Assembly: GCA_963976765.1 (NCBI GenBank)
Contig: CAXBME010000003.1
Coordinates: forward strand, 372,001-436,000
DNA: 64,000 bases
Direction of reading: 5' to 3'
Origin: an uncultured Planctomycetaceae bacterium
GTDB lineage: Bacteria; Planctomycetota; Planctomycetia; Planctomycetales; Planctomycetaceae
Both the position numbers and the translations under genes were made by a program. The first letter of the stretch is position 1, and each line of letters opens with the position of its first letter. Positions 20,257-30,982 of this stretch are shown here, piece by piece. A model generated the notes under the pieces. That model searched no databases and was not told the origin of the DNA. It saw only the letters and a list, made by a program, of their open reading frames with translations.

Positions 20257-21528
20257 TTACCTTACCTGGCCGCTTCCGTGGACGATGTACTTGTAACTGG
20301 TCAATTCTCGAAGTCCGCATGGCCCGCGAGCGTGAAACTTGTCCGTGCTGATACCGATTTCGGCTCCGAGTCCGTACTCGCCGCCATCGTTGAACCGGGT
20401 ACTTGTGTTAATGTGAACCGCCGCCGAATCAACGGATGCTGAGAACCGGGTCGCCGTCGAGATGTCTCGCGTCACGATCGCCTCGGTGTGGTGCGAGCCG
20501 TACTTGTTGATGTGAGCGATCGCCTCCTCGACGTCGTCCACAACTTTGACGGAAATAATGAGGTCGAGAAACTCGGTATAAAAGTCTTCGTCCGTTGCGG
20601 CGATTGAGTCGGGGATCAGTTCCAGAGATTTCGGGCAGCATCGCAACTCGACACCGGCTTCTCGTAACGCAGCCGCGATATCGGGCAGCATCTCTGCCGC
20701 GACGTCTCGATGAATTAACAGAGACTCCGCCGCGTTGCAGACGCCAGGGCGATGGGCCTTGCTGTTGACTGTGATGTTTCGAGCCATTTCGGCGTCGGCA
20801 AACTTGTCGATGTAGACGTGGCAATTTCCGTCGTAATGCTTGATCACCGGCATGGCTGCGTCGCGAGCGACACGCTCGATCAACCCTTTTCCGCCGCGCG
20901 GTATTGTGACGTCAATCAGGTCGCGAAGTCGCAGGAATGAACCAACCGCTTCCCGATCCGTCGTGTCGACCAGTTGAACGGCGTCTTTCGGCAAGCCTAT
21001 TTCCTCGAGCGCTTCAACAAGTAATCCGTGCAATGCCTGATTGCTGTGGAAGGCTTCCTTGCCTCCTCGAAGGATCACCGCGTTGCCGCTCTTGACGCAG
21101 ATCGCCGCCGCGTCTGCAGTCACGTTAGGACGCGATTCGAAAATGAAAAACACAACCCCCAAAGGAACTCGAACTCGCGTGACAAGCAAGCCGTTGGGGC
21201 GAGTGTTACTTTCGAAAACTTCACCGATCGGATCGGGCAGCTTCGCGATCTCTTCCAGAGCCGACGCGATGCCTTCAAGCCGAACGGCATCTAGCCGCAG
21301 TCGGTCGACCTGAGCATCACTCAGACCAAAACCTGGTGCCGCTTCAATATCTTTTACGTTTGCCTCAAGGATGGCCGCCGTGCGCGTCCGCAGCAACTCG
21401 GCAGACCGCTCCAGCCAGGCGTTCTTCTGCTCGCCCCGCGCAACAGCCAGTGCTCGCGACGCATCCCGAGCACGAGTCGCCCATTCTTGAGCATATTGGT
21501 CAAAATTCGTTTGAGCAGAATCAGTCAT
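20257..21528 (-). CDS. proA: Glutamate-5-semialdehyde dehydrogenase
   Basis: [75 protein letters not shown]. Confidence 0.98.
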   Translation of the reverse strand: MTDSAQTNFDQYAQEWATRARDASRALAVARGEQKNAWLERSAELLRTRTAAILEANVKDIEAAPGFGLSDAQVDRLRLDAVRLEGIASALEEIAKLPDPIGEVFESNTRPNGLLVTRVRVPLGVVFFIFESRPNVTADAAAICVKSGNAVILRGGKEAFHSNQALHGLLVEALEEIGLPKDAVQLVDTTDREAVGSFLRLRDLIDVTIPRGGKGLIERVARDAAMPVIKHYDGNCHVYIDKFADAEMARNITVNSKAHRPGVCNAAESLLIHRDVAAEMLPDIAAALREAGVELRCCPKSLELIPDSIAATDEDFYTEFLDLIISVKVVDDVEEAIAHINKYGSHHTEAIVTRDISTATRFSASVDSAAVHINTSTRFNDGGEYGLGAEIGISTDKFHARGPCGLRELTSYKYIVHGSGQVR

Positions 21529-21817
21529 CAGAACTCTTCGATCAGGTCACAACCGTCAGCAGGATGTCGCTAAAAATGCCACAGATTTCGGTAACTCCAA
21601 GCCACGAGGGAGTATCCGGCAACGGCAGAAACGTGTCAACGCGGCTAAATCCCGTCGCGGTTCGCCCGCTTTGAGGGGAAGCAGACCTGCGAGACACTGA
21701 CGGCAGGAAAACATCGCACGAGAAATTCTGAAACGCAGTATTTGGCGGCAGATTTTCGCCGATGAACGCAAACTGAAGACAGAAACCCTACGTTGATCAC
21801 TAACGTCTGTGATCAAT

Positions 21818-22267
21818 TCAGAACGTGAACGAAGCATCTTCTTCGGAATAGGCAGATGGATCAAAATTGACGAGCCGGCCTTCGCGAAACACCAGAATGA
21901 GACTCTGCCCGTTGCGATCCTGTTCCCATTTCCAGGCTTTGTCGCCGCTCTGGTAGTAACCGCCGCCCTTCTTCACCCAGTTATCGTCGTGGAGCCGCCG
22001 TCCTTCTTCGCCGATGATTCGACCGACTTCTGATACAGACATTCCTGAGCTAATGCGATTGGCCAGCAGCCATCGAAGATCAGCAGGCTCCCGCGTCCTC
22101 TGAAAGTTTCGGCGATGCTCTTCCTCGTTCTGGATGCCCGACTTTTCTCCGAACATGTCACCCATATCAGGAAGTTTCGGGATCGATGCCGTACCGCAGC
22201 CCGTCGCCAGGAGCATCAGCACCACCGTAAAAACAGTCACACATGAGGCATCGGAGAGCCGAACCAT
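21818..22267 (-). CDS. Small lipoprotein, possible SmpA/OmlA(BamE)-like fold
   Basis: Lipobox LATGC; GMSVSEVGRIIG and LILVFREGRLV segments. Confidence 0.6.
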   Translation of the reverse strand: MVRLSDASCVTVFTVVLMLLATGCGTASIPKLPDMGDMFGEKSGIQNEEEHRRNFQRTREPADLRWLLANRISSGMSVSEVGRIIGEEGRRLHDDNWVKKGGGYYQSGDKAWKWEQDRNGQSLILVFREGRLVNFDPSAYSEEDASFTF

Positions 22268-22673
22268 CTTCACTTTCCTTGTTTGATTCGCACTGCCAAC
22301 CGAGCTGCACATTTCCGAGGCCGTCCGTTCCGGACAGCGGTTTATCGGGGTCATGCCGGTTGCGACATCGTTGAGAGGCAACTTAAGAGAGAGGTGCCGA
22401 TAAGGCAGGTACGACTGAATCTGCAGATCAATCATCAAAGTGATGCGGCAACCTGCGAGCAGGTCCACCGAGCCAGCAGTAACGCGTTGCTTATGCAGAT
22501 CTTGCGTTGATATAGTCGATCCTGAAATTGCGTGGAAGACGGTCTCGCGCGACCCGTTACGGACCGTGCCGACCAGGCTTGTACCAGGACCGCTGTTGGA
22601 ATCTCGCTCAGAGTTCCGGTCAGCGAGTCCAGATCGTTCTCGTATGTCCGCTCAGGATGACGGAGCAACTCTG

Positions 22674-23693
22674 ATGACAACACCTCGAAGTTTTCTTCTC
22701 CCGTTTGCCGGTCGATGCCTTGCTGCATTCGCCCTGCTGGGCAGCGTCGCCGTTGCTCAGAAGGTCGAGACTCGAAGCGGATTCGATGTCATCGCCAAAC
22801 CTGTTGCCACCGGTGAAGAGCGACAGGCTCAACCTAACCTCTGGATTTTTGAACTTGAGTTCAAATCTTTGAGAATGATCGAAGTCGAGATCACCGACGC
22901 TCGCACCGGAACCAAACGCCCCGAGCTGCTGTACTATCTGGTCTACAAAGCGATCAACCGGGAAATCGATCGAAAAGTCGACGATGAAGATCGCCGCCCG
23001 GTCAACGATCCGGGCGAGAACCCGCCGACGGATTTTTTCATTCCAGAGATCTCGCTCGTCGCAACTGATAACGGGAAACGCACGGTCGTTAAAGACTCGG
23101 TGATCCCGGAAGCTCAAAGTGTCATCAGCCGCCGAGAGCGGCTTCGGTTGTTGAATTCGGTCGAAGCCGTTCAGCCAATCCCGACTCCCGTTCCAGCCGA
23201 TGCTGAAGATCCGGAAGCATTTTACGGTGTGGCAATCTTTCGCGGCGTTCCTGCCGACACCGACTACTTCAGTTTGTTTCTTGCCGGTTTTTCGAACGGC
23301 TTCAAACTGGTGAAGGGCCCCGTTTCCTACGATGAGCTGAAACAGCGGGCTGATGCCGGAGACCTTCGGGTGAGCGATCAGGTCTGGAACGGTGTGCTGA
23401 CACAACAATGGCAAGCTGCCACTCAAGTTGGCGACCTGCTTCGCGAAAACAAATTCCCGCCCGACGGAGCCGCCGAGCAACAGTGGTACTACACCGTCAC
23501 GAACGACCGCGTCGACGACGAAGTGATTGTCTGGCGAAAGAGCCTGACGCAGGATTTCTGGCGACCTGGCGACAGCTTCGACCAGAACGAACGCGAAATC
23601 AGAATCAAAACGCAACCACTATGGATCTATCGTCCTGACGATGCTCGCCCGGCAAAAGCCAGCGCCGTCGAAACAGCGTCTTCAGCTCCCTGA
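22674..23693 (+). CDS. Exported hypothetical protein with GYF_2-like insertion
   Basis: Signal peptide; LEFKSLRMI, YYLVY, LLNSVE, FWRPGD motifs; followed by a terminator. Confidence 0.75.
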   Translation: MTTPRSFLLPFAGRCLAAFALLGSVAVAQKVETRSGFDVIAKPVATGEERQAQPNLWIFELEFKSLRMIEVEITDARTGTKRPELLYYLVYKAINREIDRKVDDEDRRPVNDPGENPPTDFFIPEISLVATDNGKRTVVKDSVIPEAQSVISRRERLRLLNSVEAVQPIPTPVPADAEDPEAFYGVAIFRGVPADTDYFSLFLAGFSNGFKLVKGPVSYDELKQRADAGDLRVSDQVWNGVLTQQWQAATQVGDLLRENKFPPDGAAEQQWYYTVTNDRVDDEVIVWRKSLTQDFWRPGDSFDQNEREIRIKTQPLWIYRPDDARPAKASAVETASSAP

Positions 23694-23723
23694 GCATCGG
23701 CTAAACCTGAGCATACGAACTTC

Positions 23724-23763
23724 AAAAGCCTCCCATGCACCGTATCGGGAGGCTTTTCTTTTT
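23724..23763 (+). terminator. Rho-independent terminator (possibly bidirectional)
   Basis: AAAAGCCTCCC...GGGAGGCTTTT followed by CTTTTT. Confidence 0.85.
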
Positions 23764-24063
23764 GTTCCCTAACACTTGCTGGCTTTTATCACACAAGCAC
23801 GGCGATTCATGCAAAACCGCTTCTCTGTGTCTTCGCCTCTGTGTGGTCAGAACGTTGCCTGGATCAGACAAAATTGAATGGGTCGCAACGCGCCGTCGGA
23901 TCTCCGGAATCCAGGGTTCCGATGAAAATTCTCAGACTTCGAAATCCGCCTCAGATCGCTGATCCTCGGCAAAATCCTGGCGTTTTCTCTGGCATGAATG
24001 AACCCGGCGAGGCTCTTCATGTCGAACGAGTCTTGATGACCGGTTCCGAGAAAGGATGTAGCC

Positions 24064-25011
24064 ATGTCTACAGTCACGAAAGGCTCACAGAAGTCGCACG
24101 GTGCATTGTTCGGCGTTTTGAAGGCCACAGTACTGACGCCATTAGTGGTTGTGTTCTGGCCGCTGGCGAAGTTATGGAGCGGCTTTTACAACCACTTTCT
24201 CTCCTACCTCATTGGACGAGTGGTCCGTGACCGCGACCGAATTTACCGCATCCGATTCGTGTGGTACGGCGACTCGATCTACCTGCACCCGATGATCTGG
24301 GGAAGTCTGGCACTATTTGGTCTGACGGTCGGCGGCGCGCTCTCTGCCGGCTGGGCGTTGCTCGTCTGGTTCGTAGCGCTTTTCGTCTGCTACATCACGA
24401 TCCTCTACAACTTCGACATCATCCGCTGCTCGATCCTGGCAACGGGTATTGTCGCATTCTTTGGCATGGCTCACTTCGCCACCGTTGAGCTGGCCTGGAA
24501 CCCGCTGACCGCAGTGGCTGACCATGTTCGATTGCTCGACGCATCGGTTTCTCCCGGCTTCTTCATTGCGGCAGCCTACGTGTTCACCGCGTTGATCTCG
24601 GCCGAAGTGGTCTGGGCATGGTTGTTCCACCGCGTCGAAATTGACGAGTCGTACGTCTACGAGCATCAGTTCATGAAGACATCAACCCGCGAGCCGATCT
24701 TCGCTCGCGGGCTGAAACGGGAAACGCGAGACATCCTGGAACTCATCCTGCTTGGAGCTGGCGACATTCAACATCGAACTCGGAAAGGGTATCGAATTTT
24801 TAAGAACGTTCCGTTCGCCTCGCTGTGGCTGGGAACGGCCATCGATTCGCTGCTGGACTTTCGTCGCAAGGGTGAAATCGCTCTTCAAAAGGAAGGAGCC
24901 GACGATGGAAGCGACGTGCGAATTTCGGACGCCAATCCAGAACTGGCCGATGAATTCGAAAGCGACGACGCGGACGACGGACTGGATGAGGAGGCCGATG
25001 ACCAGTCCTGA
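24064..25011 (+). CDS. Hypothetical integral membrane protein with acidic tail
   Basis: Several hydrophobic helices, D/E-rich C-terminus, AAAGGA before ATG, terminator downstream. Confidence 0.75.
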   Translation: MSTVTKGSQKSHGALFGVLKATVLTPLVVVFWPLAKLWSGFYNHFLSYLIGRVVRDRDRIYRIRFVWYGDSIYLHPMIWGSLALFGLTVGGALSAGWALLVWFVALFVCYITILYNFDIIRCSILATGIVAFFGMAHFATVELAWNPLTAVADHVRLLDASVSPGFFIAAAYVFTALISAEVVWAWLFHRVEIDESYVYEHQFMKTSTREPIFARGLKRETRDILELILLGAGDIQHRTRKGYRIFKNVPFASLWLGTAIDSLLDFRRKGEIALQKEGADDGSDVRISDANPELADEFESDDADDGLDEEADDQS

Positions 25012-25035
25012 TCGGCTCGACTTCGAAACCTGATG

Positions 25036-25074
25036 AAAAATGGCGGCGCATGGGTTTTCATGCGCCGCCTTTTT
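25036..25074 (+). terminator. Rho-independent terminator
   Basis: GGCGGCGCATG-ggtttt-CATGCGCCGCC followed by TTTTT, preceded by AAAAA. Confidence 0.85.
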
Positions 25075-25372
25075 GATGCGCCGACAGGTTCGTCAAGACT
25101 GCACCAGCCAGATTGTTCCCCCACCTTCCGCAACCGAAGAGCCCGTTACGATTGCCACAGTCATTCAAGTCTCTGTCCGTTCAGAATCCCCGCAGATCGA
25201 CACGGCCGTCACACACTTTCCATGATTCACCTCGCCGAACCGCTCCGGGATGCCGATCCAACAGCTATAGTCACTCGCAGTCGCCAACTGCCTGCGTGTT
25301 GTGCCTTCATCAGGTCGTGGGCTAACTTCCACGAATTCACATCACGGGTCGTACGGAGTTTGCCCCGGATCT

Positions 25373-27496
25373 ATGACTCAGGATTCCCCAGCAACAGAGC
25401 CCGCCGCTTACGAAGAAACATGGCGGGAGATCGAAGCAGTTGTCCAGGAGGTCACTCGGCAATCAAGAGCCGTCGTGCCAGCGGATCGCTTTTTCACAGG
25501 TCTGCTGCAAAGTTCCATCCGCACGCTGGCGGCGACGGGCGGAGCGATCTGGCTCAGGCACCCGGAAGGTCTGCGGCTCGAACACCAGGTAAATCTTGTC
25601 CGAACCGGTCTGGTCACCGGCCCCGATGCCGACGACATTCCGAACGTCGAGCAACGAGCGCATCAGCACCAGCGTTTGCTGGAACGGATCTCGCGCCAGA
25701 CAGAGACACACGCCGTCTCGCCACAGTCGGGGACGATGTCCGCAGCCGCTCCGGATGGACTCCCCGAAAACCCGACGGACTTTCTGTTGCTGTTCTGCCC
25801 GGTCATTGTCGACGACCGCGTGCTCGGCGTGCTGGAAATTTTTCAGCGACCGAACGTTTCCCCCGGAGCGGTCCAGGGCTTTCTGCGTTTCCTCGCAGCG
25901 CTGGCTGAACTGGCAGCCGACTTCCTGAGGAACTCTCAGCTTCGCGAACTCCAGGATCGCGCAACACTCTGGAGCCAGTTCGAACAATTCACCGAACGCG
26001 TCCACAGAGGTCTCGACGTCGACCAGATCGCCGCGTCGATTGCCAACGACGGACGACACCTGATCGGTTGCGACAAGGTTACCGTCGCTGTGCAGAAGGG
26101 TTCGCGATATCCCGTACGAGCTGTCAGCGGCCTGGATTCGATCGACCGCCGTTCCAACGTGCTGCGCGCGGCGCAGGATTTGATCCACCGAGTCGTCGTG
26201 ACCCGGGAACCATTCTGGTATCAGGACTCCGCCGACGAAGACCATGCTCAACCGCACGTCGACATCGCTCCTCAACTCGAAGACGCGGTTCACAAATACC
26301 TTGATGAATCGCCGGCCCGACTGCTGGCAGTCTTTCCGCTGATGCCGTCTTCAACGACGGACGATGGTACCGTCGACGTAAAGCAGAATCGCTCGCGTGG
26401 CATAAAGCCTGTCGGAGCCATTCTGATTGAACGGTTCGAAGGCACCAGCACGTCAGACCTGGCTCGTCATCGCTCTGAAGTCGTTGCGAAACAAAGCGCC
26501 GCTGCACTTAAAAATGCCCTCGAACATTCCAACCTTCCGTTCCTTCCGGTTCTACGGCTTGTCGGAAAAGCAGCCTGGCATCTGAAACTCCGGCAGCTTC
26601 CCAGGACCGTACTTATTCTGGGAACACTTGTCGCTGCGGCAGTCGCCCTGTTCGTTGTGCCTGCTGATTTTACCGTAGAGGGACACGGCGAACTTCAGCC
26701 GGCAGTTCGTCGAGGAATATTTGCATCAAGCGACGGAGTCGTCGCCACTCTCGCACCGACATTAGCAACGGATAAAACTGCAGCCGTTTCTGCGGGAGAA
26801 ACTCTGGTCGAACTAACGAACACGGATCTCGATTTCGAACTCACACGAGTCCTCGGCGAAATTCGCACCGCAAAAGAAAGCCTCAGCACGAAAAAGGTCG
26901 AGCAGTTGAACGTCGACGATTCCAACCCGAACTGGGAATCGCAACTCGAAAAACTTTCCGCTGAAGAGAAGGAACTGGAAGTCAGCATCGCCAGCCTGGA
27001 AGCTCAACTGAAAGTCCTGAGACTTCAGCAGTCTGACCTGATCCTGGCCAGCCCGATCAACGGACAGATTCTGACGTGGGAAGCCGCGAGAATTCTCGAA
27101 AGCCGGCCAGTTCGGCGAGGCGACCTGCTCGTTGAAGTGGCTGACGTCGCCGGGCCGTGGGTGCTGGAAATTCGCGTTCCTGACCAGGACATCGGATACG
27201 TCAACGACGCGCGGCGGGAACTGAAGCCGGACCTCGATGTCTCATTCATCCTCGCGACAGATCCGAAAACAACGAGGTACGGCAAGGTGATGGATGTTGC
27301 CTCAGACACCCGTTCTTACGGCGAATCCGGCCCCACCGTACTGGTCACCGTCGAAATTGACCGCAGCAACATTCCCGAGACCCAGCTCCGCCCCGGGGCG
27401 ACGGTCATCCCCCACATTCACACCGGACAACGCCCCATCGGCTTCGTCTGGTTCCGCGAACTGATCCACACCGTGCAGACGAAACTTCTGTTCTAG
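25373..27496 (+). CDS. GAF-domain-containing HlyD-type membrane fusion protein
   Basis: Two GAF-like regions (LLFCPV..LGVLEIFQR; AVSG...IDRRS), TM helix, then barrel/lipoyl/coiled-coil MFP motifs (GELQP, ASPINGQI, RPVRRGDLLVEVAD, LRPGA). Confidence 0.82.
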   Translation: MTQDSPATEPAAYEETWREIEAVVQEVTRQSRAVVPADRFFTGLLQSSIRTLAATGGAIWLRHPEGLRLEHQVNLVRTGLVTGPDADDIPNVEQRAHQHQRLLERISRQTETHAVSPQSGTMSAAAPDGLPENPTDFLLLFCPVIVDDRVLGVLEIFQRPNVSPGAVQGFLRFLAALAELAADFLRNSQLRELQDRATLWSQFEQFTERVHRGLDVDQIAASIANDGRHLIGCDKVTVAVQKGSRYPVRAVSGLDSIDRRSNVLRAAQDLIHRVVVTREPFWYQDSADEDHAQPHVDIAPQLEDAVHKYLDESPARLLAVFPLMPSSTTDDGTVDVKQNRSRGIKPVGAILIERFEGTSTSDLARHRSEVVAKQSAAALKNALEHSNLPFLPVLRLVGKAAWHLKLRQLPRTVLILGTLVAAAVALFVVPADFTVEGHGELQPAVRRGIFASSDGVVATLAPTLATDKTAAVSAGETLVELTNTDLDFELTRVLGEIRTAKESLSTKKVEQLNVDDSNPNWESQLEKLSAEEKELEVSIASLEAQLKVLRLQQSDLILASPINGQILTWEAARILESRPVRRGDLLVEVADVAGPWVLEIRVPDQDIGYVNDARRELKPDLDVSFILATDPKTTRYGKVMDVASDTRSYGESGPTVLVTVEIDRSNIPETQLRPGATVIPHIHTGQRPIGFVWFRELIHTVQTKLLF

Positions 27497-27620
27497 AGCA
27501 CTTTCAGAATTCGTCTTCAGTGTTCTGCAGGAGGCCACCAGGGAAACAATGGCTACCCCGGGTGCCAGCTCCCGCACAGAAACCATGAAAATGGTCTAGC
27601 GACCAATCCGTCTGCGACAC

Positions 27621-27640
27621 AGGGTGGGCACCGCCCACCT
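27621..27640. repeat. REP-like short palindrome
   Basis: AGGGTGGGCACCGCCCACCT, same family as 19027-19047. Confidence 0.45.
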
Positions 27641-27671
27641 GCGGTTATCTGCACGATCGAAAGGCAAGCTC

Positions 27672-28613
27672 ATGCGTCAGAATCATTTTCCAAAGCTCGT
27701 TGCCGCCGCTCTTCTGCTGGTGGTATGTGGTATTTCAAGCGACCACGCAACGGCTGACGACGAACCGGTCATCGTCAAAGGTGGGCTGGTCACCGTCATT
27801 CAGGAACGCAACATCGCGGCGAGAGAAACCGGATTGATCTCAAAGGTCCATTTCAAAGCTGGTGAGTTCATCGATGCCGACTCGGTGCTGGCAGAACTGG
27901 ATTCAACACAGGCACAGCTCAAGCTGGCTGAAGCCAGAATTCAGTACGACAAAGCTCTGGAAGCGGCAAAGAGCGATGTCGAGACTCGCGCAGCCAGGAA
28001 AGCACTCGAGGTTTCCAGGGCAGAACTGGCACGTGCCCAGAAAGCGATCGAGCGTTTTTCAAAGTCGATTTCTCAGACAGAAATGGATCGACTCCGCCTG
28101 AGCACGGAGCGAGCGGAATTACTCGTCGAGCAATCCGATCAGACGGCCAGACTCGCCAGACTGGATGCCGACCTGCGGAAAAATCAGCTTGATTTCGCTC
28201 AGCACACGCTGGATCGACATCGAGTGCTGACGCCAATTTCCGGCATGGTTGTCCAGGTGAGCTTTCACCCTGGCGAGTGGGTCGAAACCGGTAAGAGCGT
28301 TGCCCGCGTCCTGAGACTTGACCGGCTCGGCTGTGAAGGCCGCGTGGCTTCGGAATCCGTCGACGTGTCTATGATCGGACGCCCGGTTAAGGTCACAATT
28401 CACCCGCCGAACGGAAAATCGGTGACACTGCCAGGGATCCTGACGTTCGTCGACCCCGAGGTAAACCGGATCAAAAAAGATGTTCTGGTTCGCGCAGAAT
28501 TCGACAATCCCAGGCTGGCGATACTTCCGGGTATGGCTTCCGAGATCGAAATATCAGAACGCGGCGACATCGCCAGGAACAACATCCGGAACGACGCGCC
28601 GGCGATCAAGTAG
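27672..28613 (+). CDS. HlyD/RND-type periplasmic adaptor subunit
   Basis: IAARETGLI..V...GE.I, TPISGMVV...PGEWVETG, FVDPEV, RAEFDN...ILPGM. Confidence 0.85.
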   Translation: MRQNHFPKLVAAALLLVVCGISSDHATADDEPVIVKGGLVTVIQERNIAARETGLISKVHFKAGEFIDADSVLAELDSTQAQLKLAEARIQYDKALEAAKSDVETRAARKALEVSRAELARAQKAIERFSKSISQTEMDRLRLSTERAELLVEQSDQTARLARLDADLRKNQLDFAQHTLDRHRVLTPISGMVVQVSFHPGEWVETGKSVARVLRLDRLGCEGRVASESVDVSMIGRPVKVTIHPPNGKSVTLPGILTFVDPEVNRIKKDVLVRAEFDNPRLAILPGMASEIEISERGDIARNNIRNDAPAIK

Positions 28614-29826
28614 TCGCGTCACGCTCGGGGCAGACCGACTCAACCAGAAGCCGCTCCAGCTCGCACGGCCCAAGCCCGAACGTTGAGCGAACCGTCTTGA
28701 CGCTTTCAGGAATGGCTGACGAACTGTCTGCTGCATCCCGGATCGCTCTGATGAGGATATTCTTCGGAGTGTGTTCCAGACTGATGAATTCCAGAACCTG
28801 GGTCCGATATCCACAGCCTTCCAGCAAATCCGCACGCAACGAATCCGTCAGCAGTTCTGCGAATCGCTCCTTCAAAATCCCTCGCCGCATGATTGGCGAA
28901 AGAAATTCGGTCTTGAGTTTCGAAGCGACTTCGTGATGACAACACGGAACGGCAAAAATGACTTTCGCGTTCCACTCGACAGCCCGCGCCAGAGCGACGT
29001 CGGTCGCCGTGTCGCAGGCGTGAAGCGAGACGCTCAGATCGACAGATTCCAGCGGTGAGTACCCGGCCATGTCTCCCGATTCGAACCGCAAGCCGTCACA
29101 GCCAAGCCTGTTCGCAATCCCGTTGCAGTGCTGGACGACATCCGATTTCAGATCCAGCCCGACGATGTCGACCTTCCGACCGTGAATCCGGTTGAGCAGG
29201 TGATGCAGCGCGAAGGTCAGGTAACTCTTTCCGCACCCGAAATCAACGACTCGAATCGGACCAGACTTCGGGAACGACTCGTAAACGTCCTCGACGAATT
29301 CGAGGTAACGATTGATCTGGCGAAACTTGTCGAACTTCTGCTTCCGAACGTTTCCGCCAGCAGCCATCACCCCGATTTCCTGCAGGAACTCACACGGCGT
29401 TCCGTCAGGAATCAGGTACTGCTTCTTCCGATTGTGCTCAGTCGGTGCGGCCTGCTGTCTGGATGGCGGGAACTGATGAGCCCGTACCTTGCCGCTGGCT
29501 TTCACCTTGACGGTGAAGTCGAACTCTGTCGTGAACAGATGCCCCCGCCGAAACAGACCGGTGATCAGTCTTTCGACTTCGCCGACCGCTTCATCCAAAG
29601 GAAAGTTGCGATGAGTTTCCCGTCGAGCCTCGCTATACGTGAACTGAAGGTTACGACCGGATTTGAGATCCACCGGACGGACGCCAATCTTCTCGACGGC
29701 GGCCAGAACTGCATCCTCAGATTCTGACGAAGGGTTAAGACGGTCGCGAAACGGGTCACTCAGCACCAGCTGAATCAGTGAGCCTGATGAGGCGGCTGTC
29801 TGAAATCGGGTTGTGAGTTCATTCAT
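28606..29826 (-). CDS. SAM-dependent methyltransferase (Methyltransf_32-like)
   Basis: HNRKKQY, KFRQINRYLE, VDFGCGKSYLTF, SLHACDTATD, VPCCHHE, EFI..EHTPKN. Confidence 0.9.
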   Translation of the reverse strand: MNELTTRFQTAASSGSLIQLVLSDPFRDRLNPSSESEDAVLAAVEKIGVRPVDLKSGRNLQFTYSEARRETHRNFPLDEAVGEVERLITGLFRRGHLFTTEFDFTVKVKASGKVRAHQFPPSRQQAAPTEHNRKKQYLIPDGTPCEFLQEIGVMAAGGNVRKQKFDKFRQINRYLEFVEDVYESFPKSGPIRVVDFGCGKSYLTFALHHLLNRIHGRKVDIVGLDLKSDVVQHCNGIANRLGCDGLRFESGDMAGYSPLESVDLSVSLHACDTATDVALARAVEWNAKVIFAVPCCHHEVASKLKTEFLSPIMRRGILKERFAELLTDSLRADLLEGCGYRTQVLEFISLEHTPKNILIRAIRDAADSSSAIPESVKTVRSTFGLGPCELERLLVESVCPERDATT

Positions 29827-29969
29827 GGTTGATCAGCGTACAATCTTTGCGGGCGTGCCAATGACTCCTTCCCGATGCTCTAACAGCACGATGCGCCAAC
29901 GAGTGAATTTTCAGCAGCCACTCACTGTTTCGTCGCGCGGGAGTCGGGAATCGATTTCGAACGCTTTCG

Positions 29970-30851
29970 TTAATCGCGGTCGACGTTTGCATCGAGAAAC
30001 TTGAGGAACTGCTCGGTGGCAGGATCATCGGATTTGCCAAGGTCGTTATTGAGGCGGCTGTGATTGCTGTCTCGCTTGCCATAAGCAGCAACCGGAATCC
30101 CGGACTCTTTCAGCATGTCGTTCAGGCAAGCGGCCTGCGCTCGAGTATCGGGATTACCAGGAAAGTAAAGAAGCAGAAACGGCGGAATACCTTTGCCCCT
30201 GGCCACGTGGGTGACGGCCGAAAAATCAACGTGCTTCTCGGGATCGTTTCCGAATTTCTGACGATGCCCGAAGGTGAACATCTTCCCGCCGTAGAGAGCC
30301 TGCCGGTGCTCAGCCGTCATGATGATTCTGGGAATGTCGTACGTATCGCCGTCCACGGGAATGCAACCTCTAAGCACGTCGAAAGACACTCCTTCTTCTT
30401 TCAGATATCGATCATCAATGCAGATCAACGCGGCGAGCTGCGCCCCAGCAGAATGACCGCCCACGAAAATCCTTTGAGGATCGCCACCGTACTTCGTGAT
30501 GTTCCGATAAACCCAGCCGAACGACTTTGCGACATCACGAGTCAGCACGTCCATCGTCACTTCCGGTAATAATCGGTAGTTTGTCGAAACAACAACGAAC
30601 CCTCGCTCCGTCAGCACTTTGGGCTTCAACGCGACATCACTCTTGTCACCAGCCTGCCACCCGCCACCGTGAATCCAGAACATGACCGGCAACTTCTTAT
30701 CGGTCGATTTCTCCGGCGTATAAATGTCCAGAACGTGTCGTGCGTGGCCGTTCTCAACGTAAGGAACGTCAGCCGTCAACTTCTGAGCTGATGCCAGGCT
30801 GGACATCATCAACACCGGCAACGTGACGGCGATCAATAGCTTTAAATTCAT
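29970..30851 (-). CDS. Alpha/beta hydrolase (carboxylesterase, HSL-like)
   Basis: LDIY, HGGGW..GDK, NYRL, GHSAGA nucleophile motif. Confidence 0.9.
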   Translation of the reverse strand: MNLKLLIAVTLPVLMMSSLASAQKLTADVPYVENGHARHVLDIYTPEKSTDKKLPVMFWIHGGGWQAGDKSDVALKPKVLTERGFVVVSTNYRLLPEVTMDVLTRDVAKSFGWVYRNITKYGGDPQRIFVGGHSAGAQLAALICIDDRYLKEEGVSFDVLRGCIPVDGDTYDIPRIIMTAEHRQALYGGKMFTFGHRQKFGNDPEKHVDFSAVTHVARGKGIPPFLLLYFPGNPDTRAQAACLNDMLKESGIPVAAYGKRDSNHSRLNNDLGKSDDPATEQFLKFLDANVDRD

Positions 30852-30982
30852 GACACAAAACCTGTTTACACGAGAATCGAAACTCAAACATCACTCTCCG
30901 GTACATCCAGAAGATTACCGTCTGACGAATTTTGCGATAGCCGTCATGGCTTTGCCACACACGCATCTCATAGGCTCAGCCA

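Noticed and set aside
22377..22403. Sigma-28 promoter (GCCGATAA at 22396-22403)
   Set aside because: No TAAA -35 element at the expected spacing, and it does not point at fliM.
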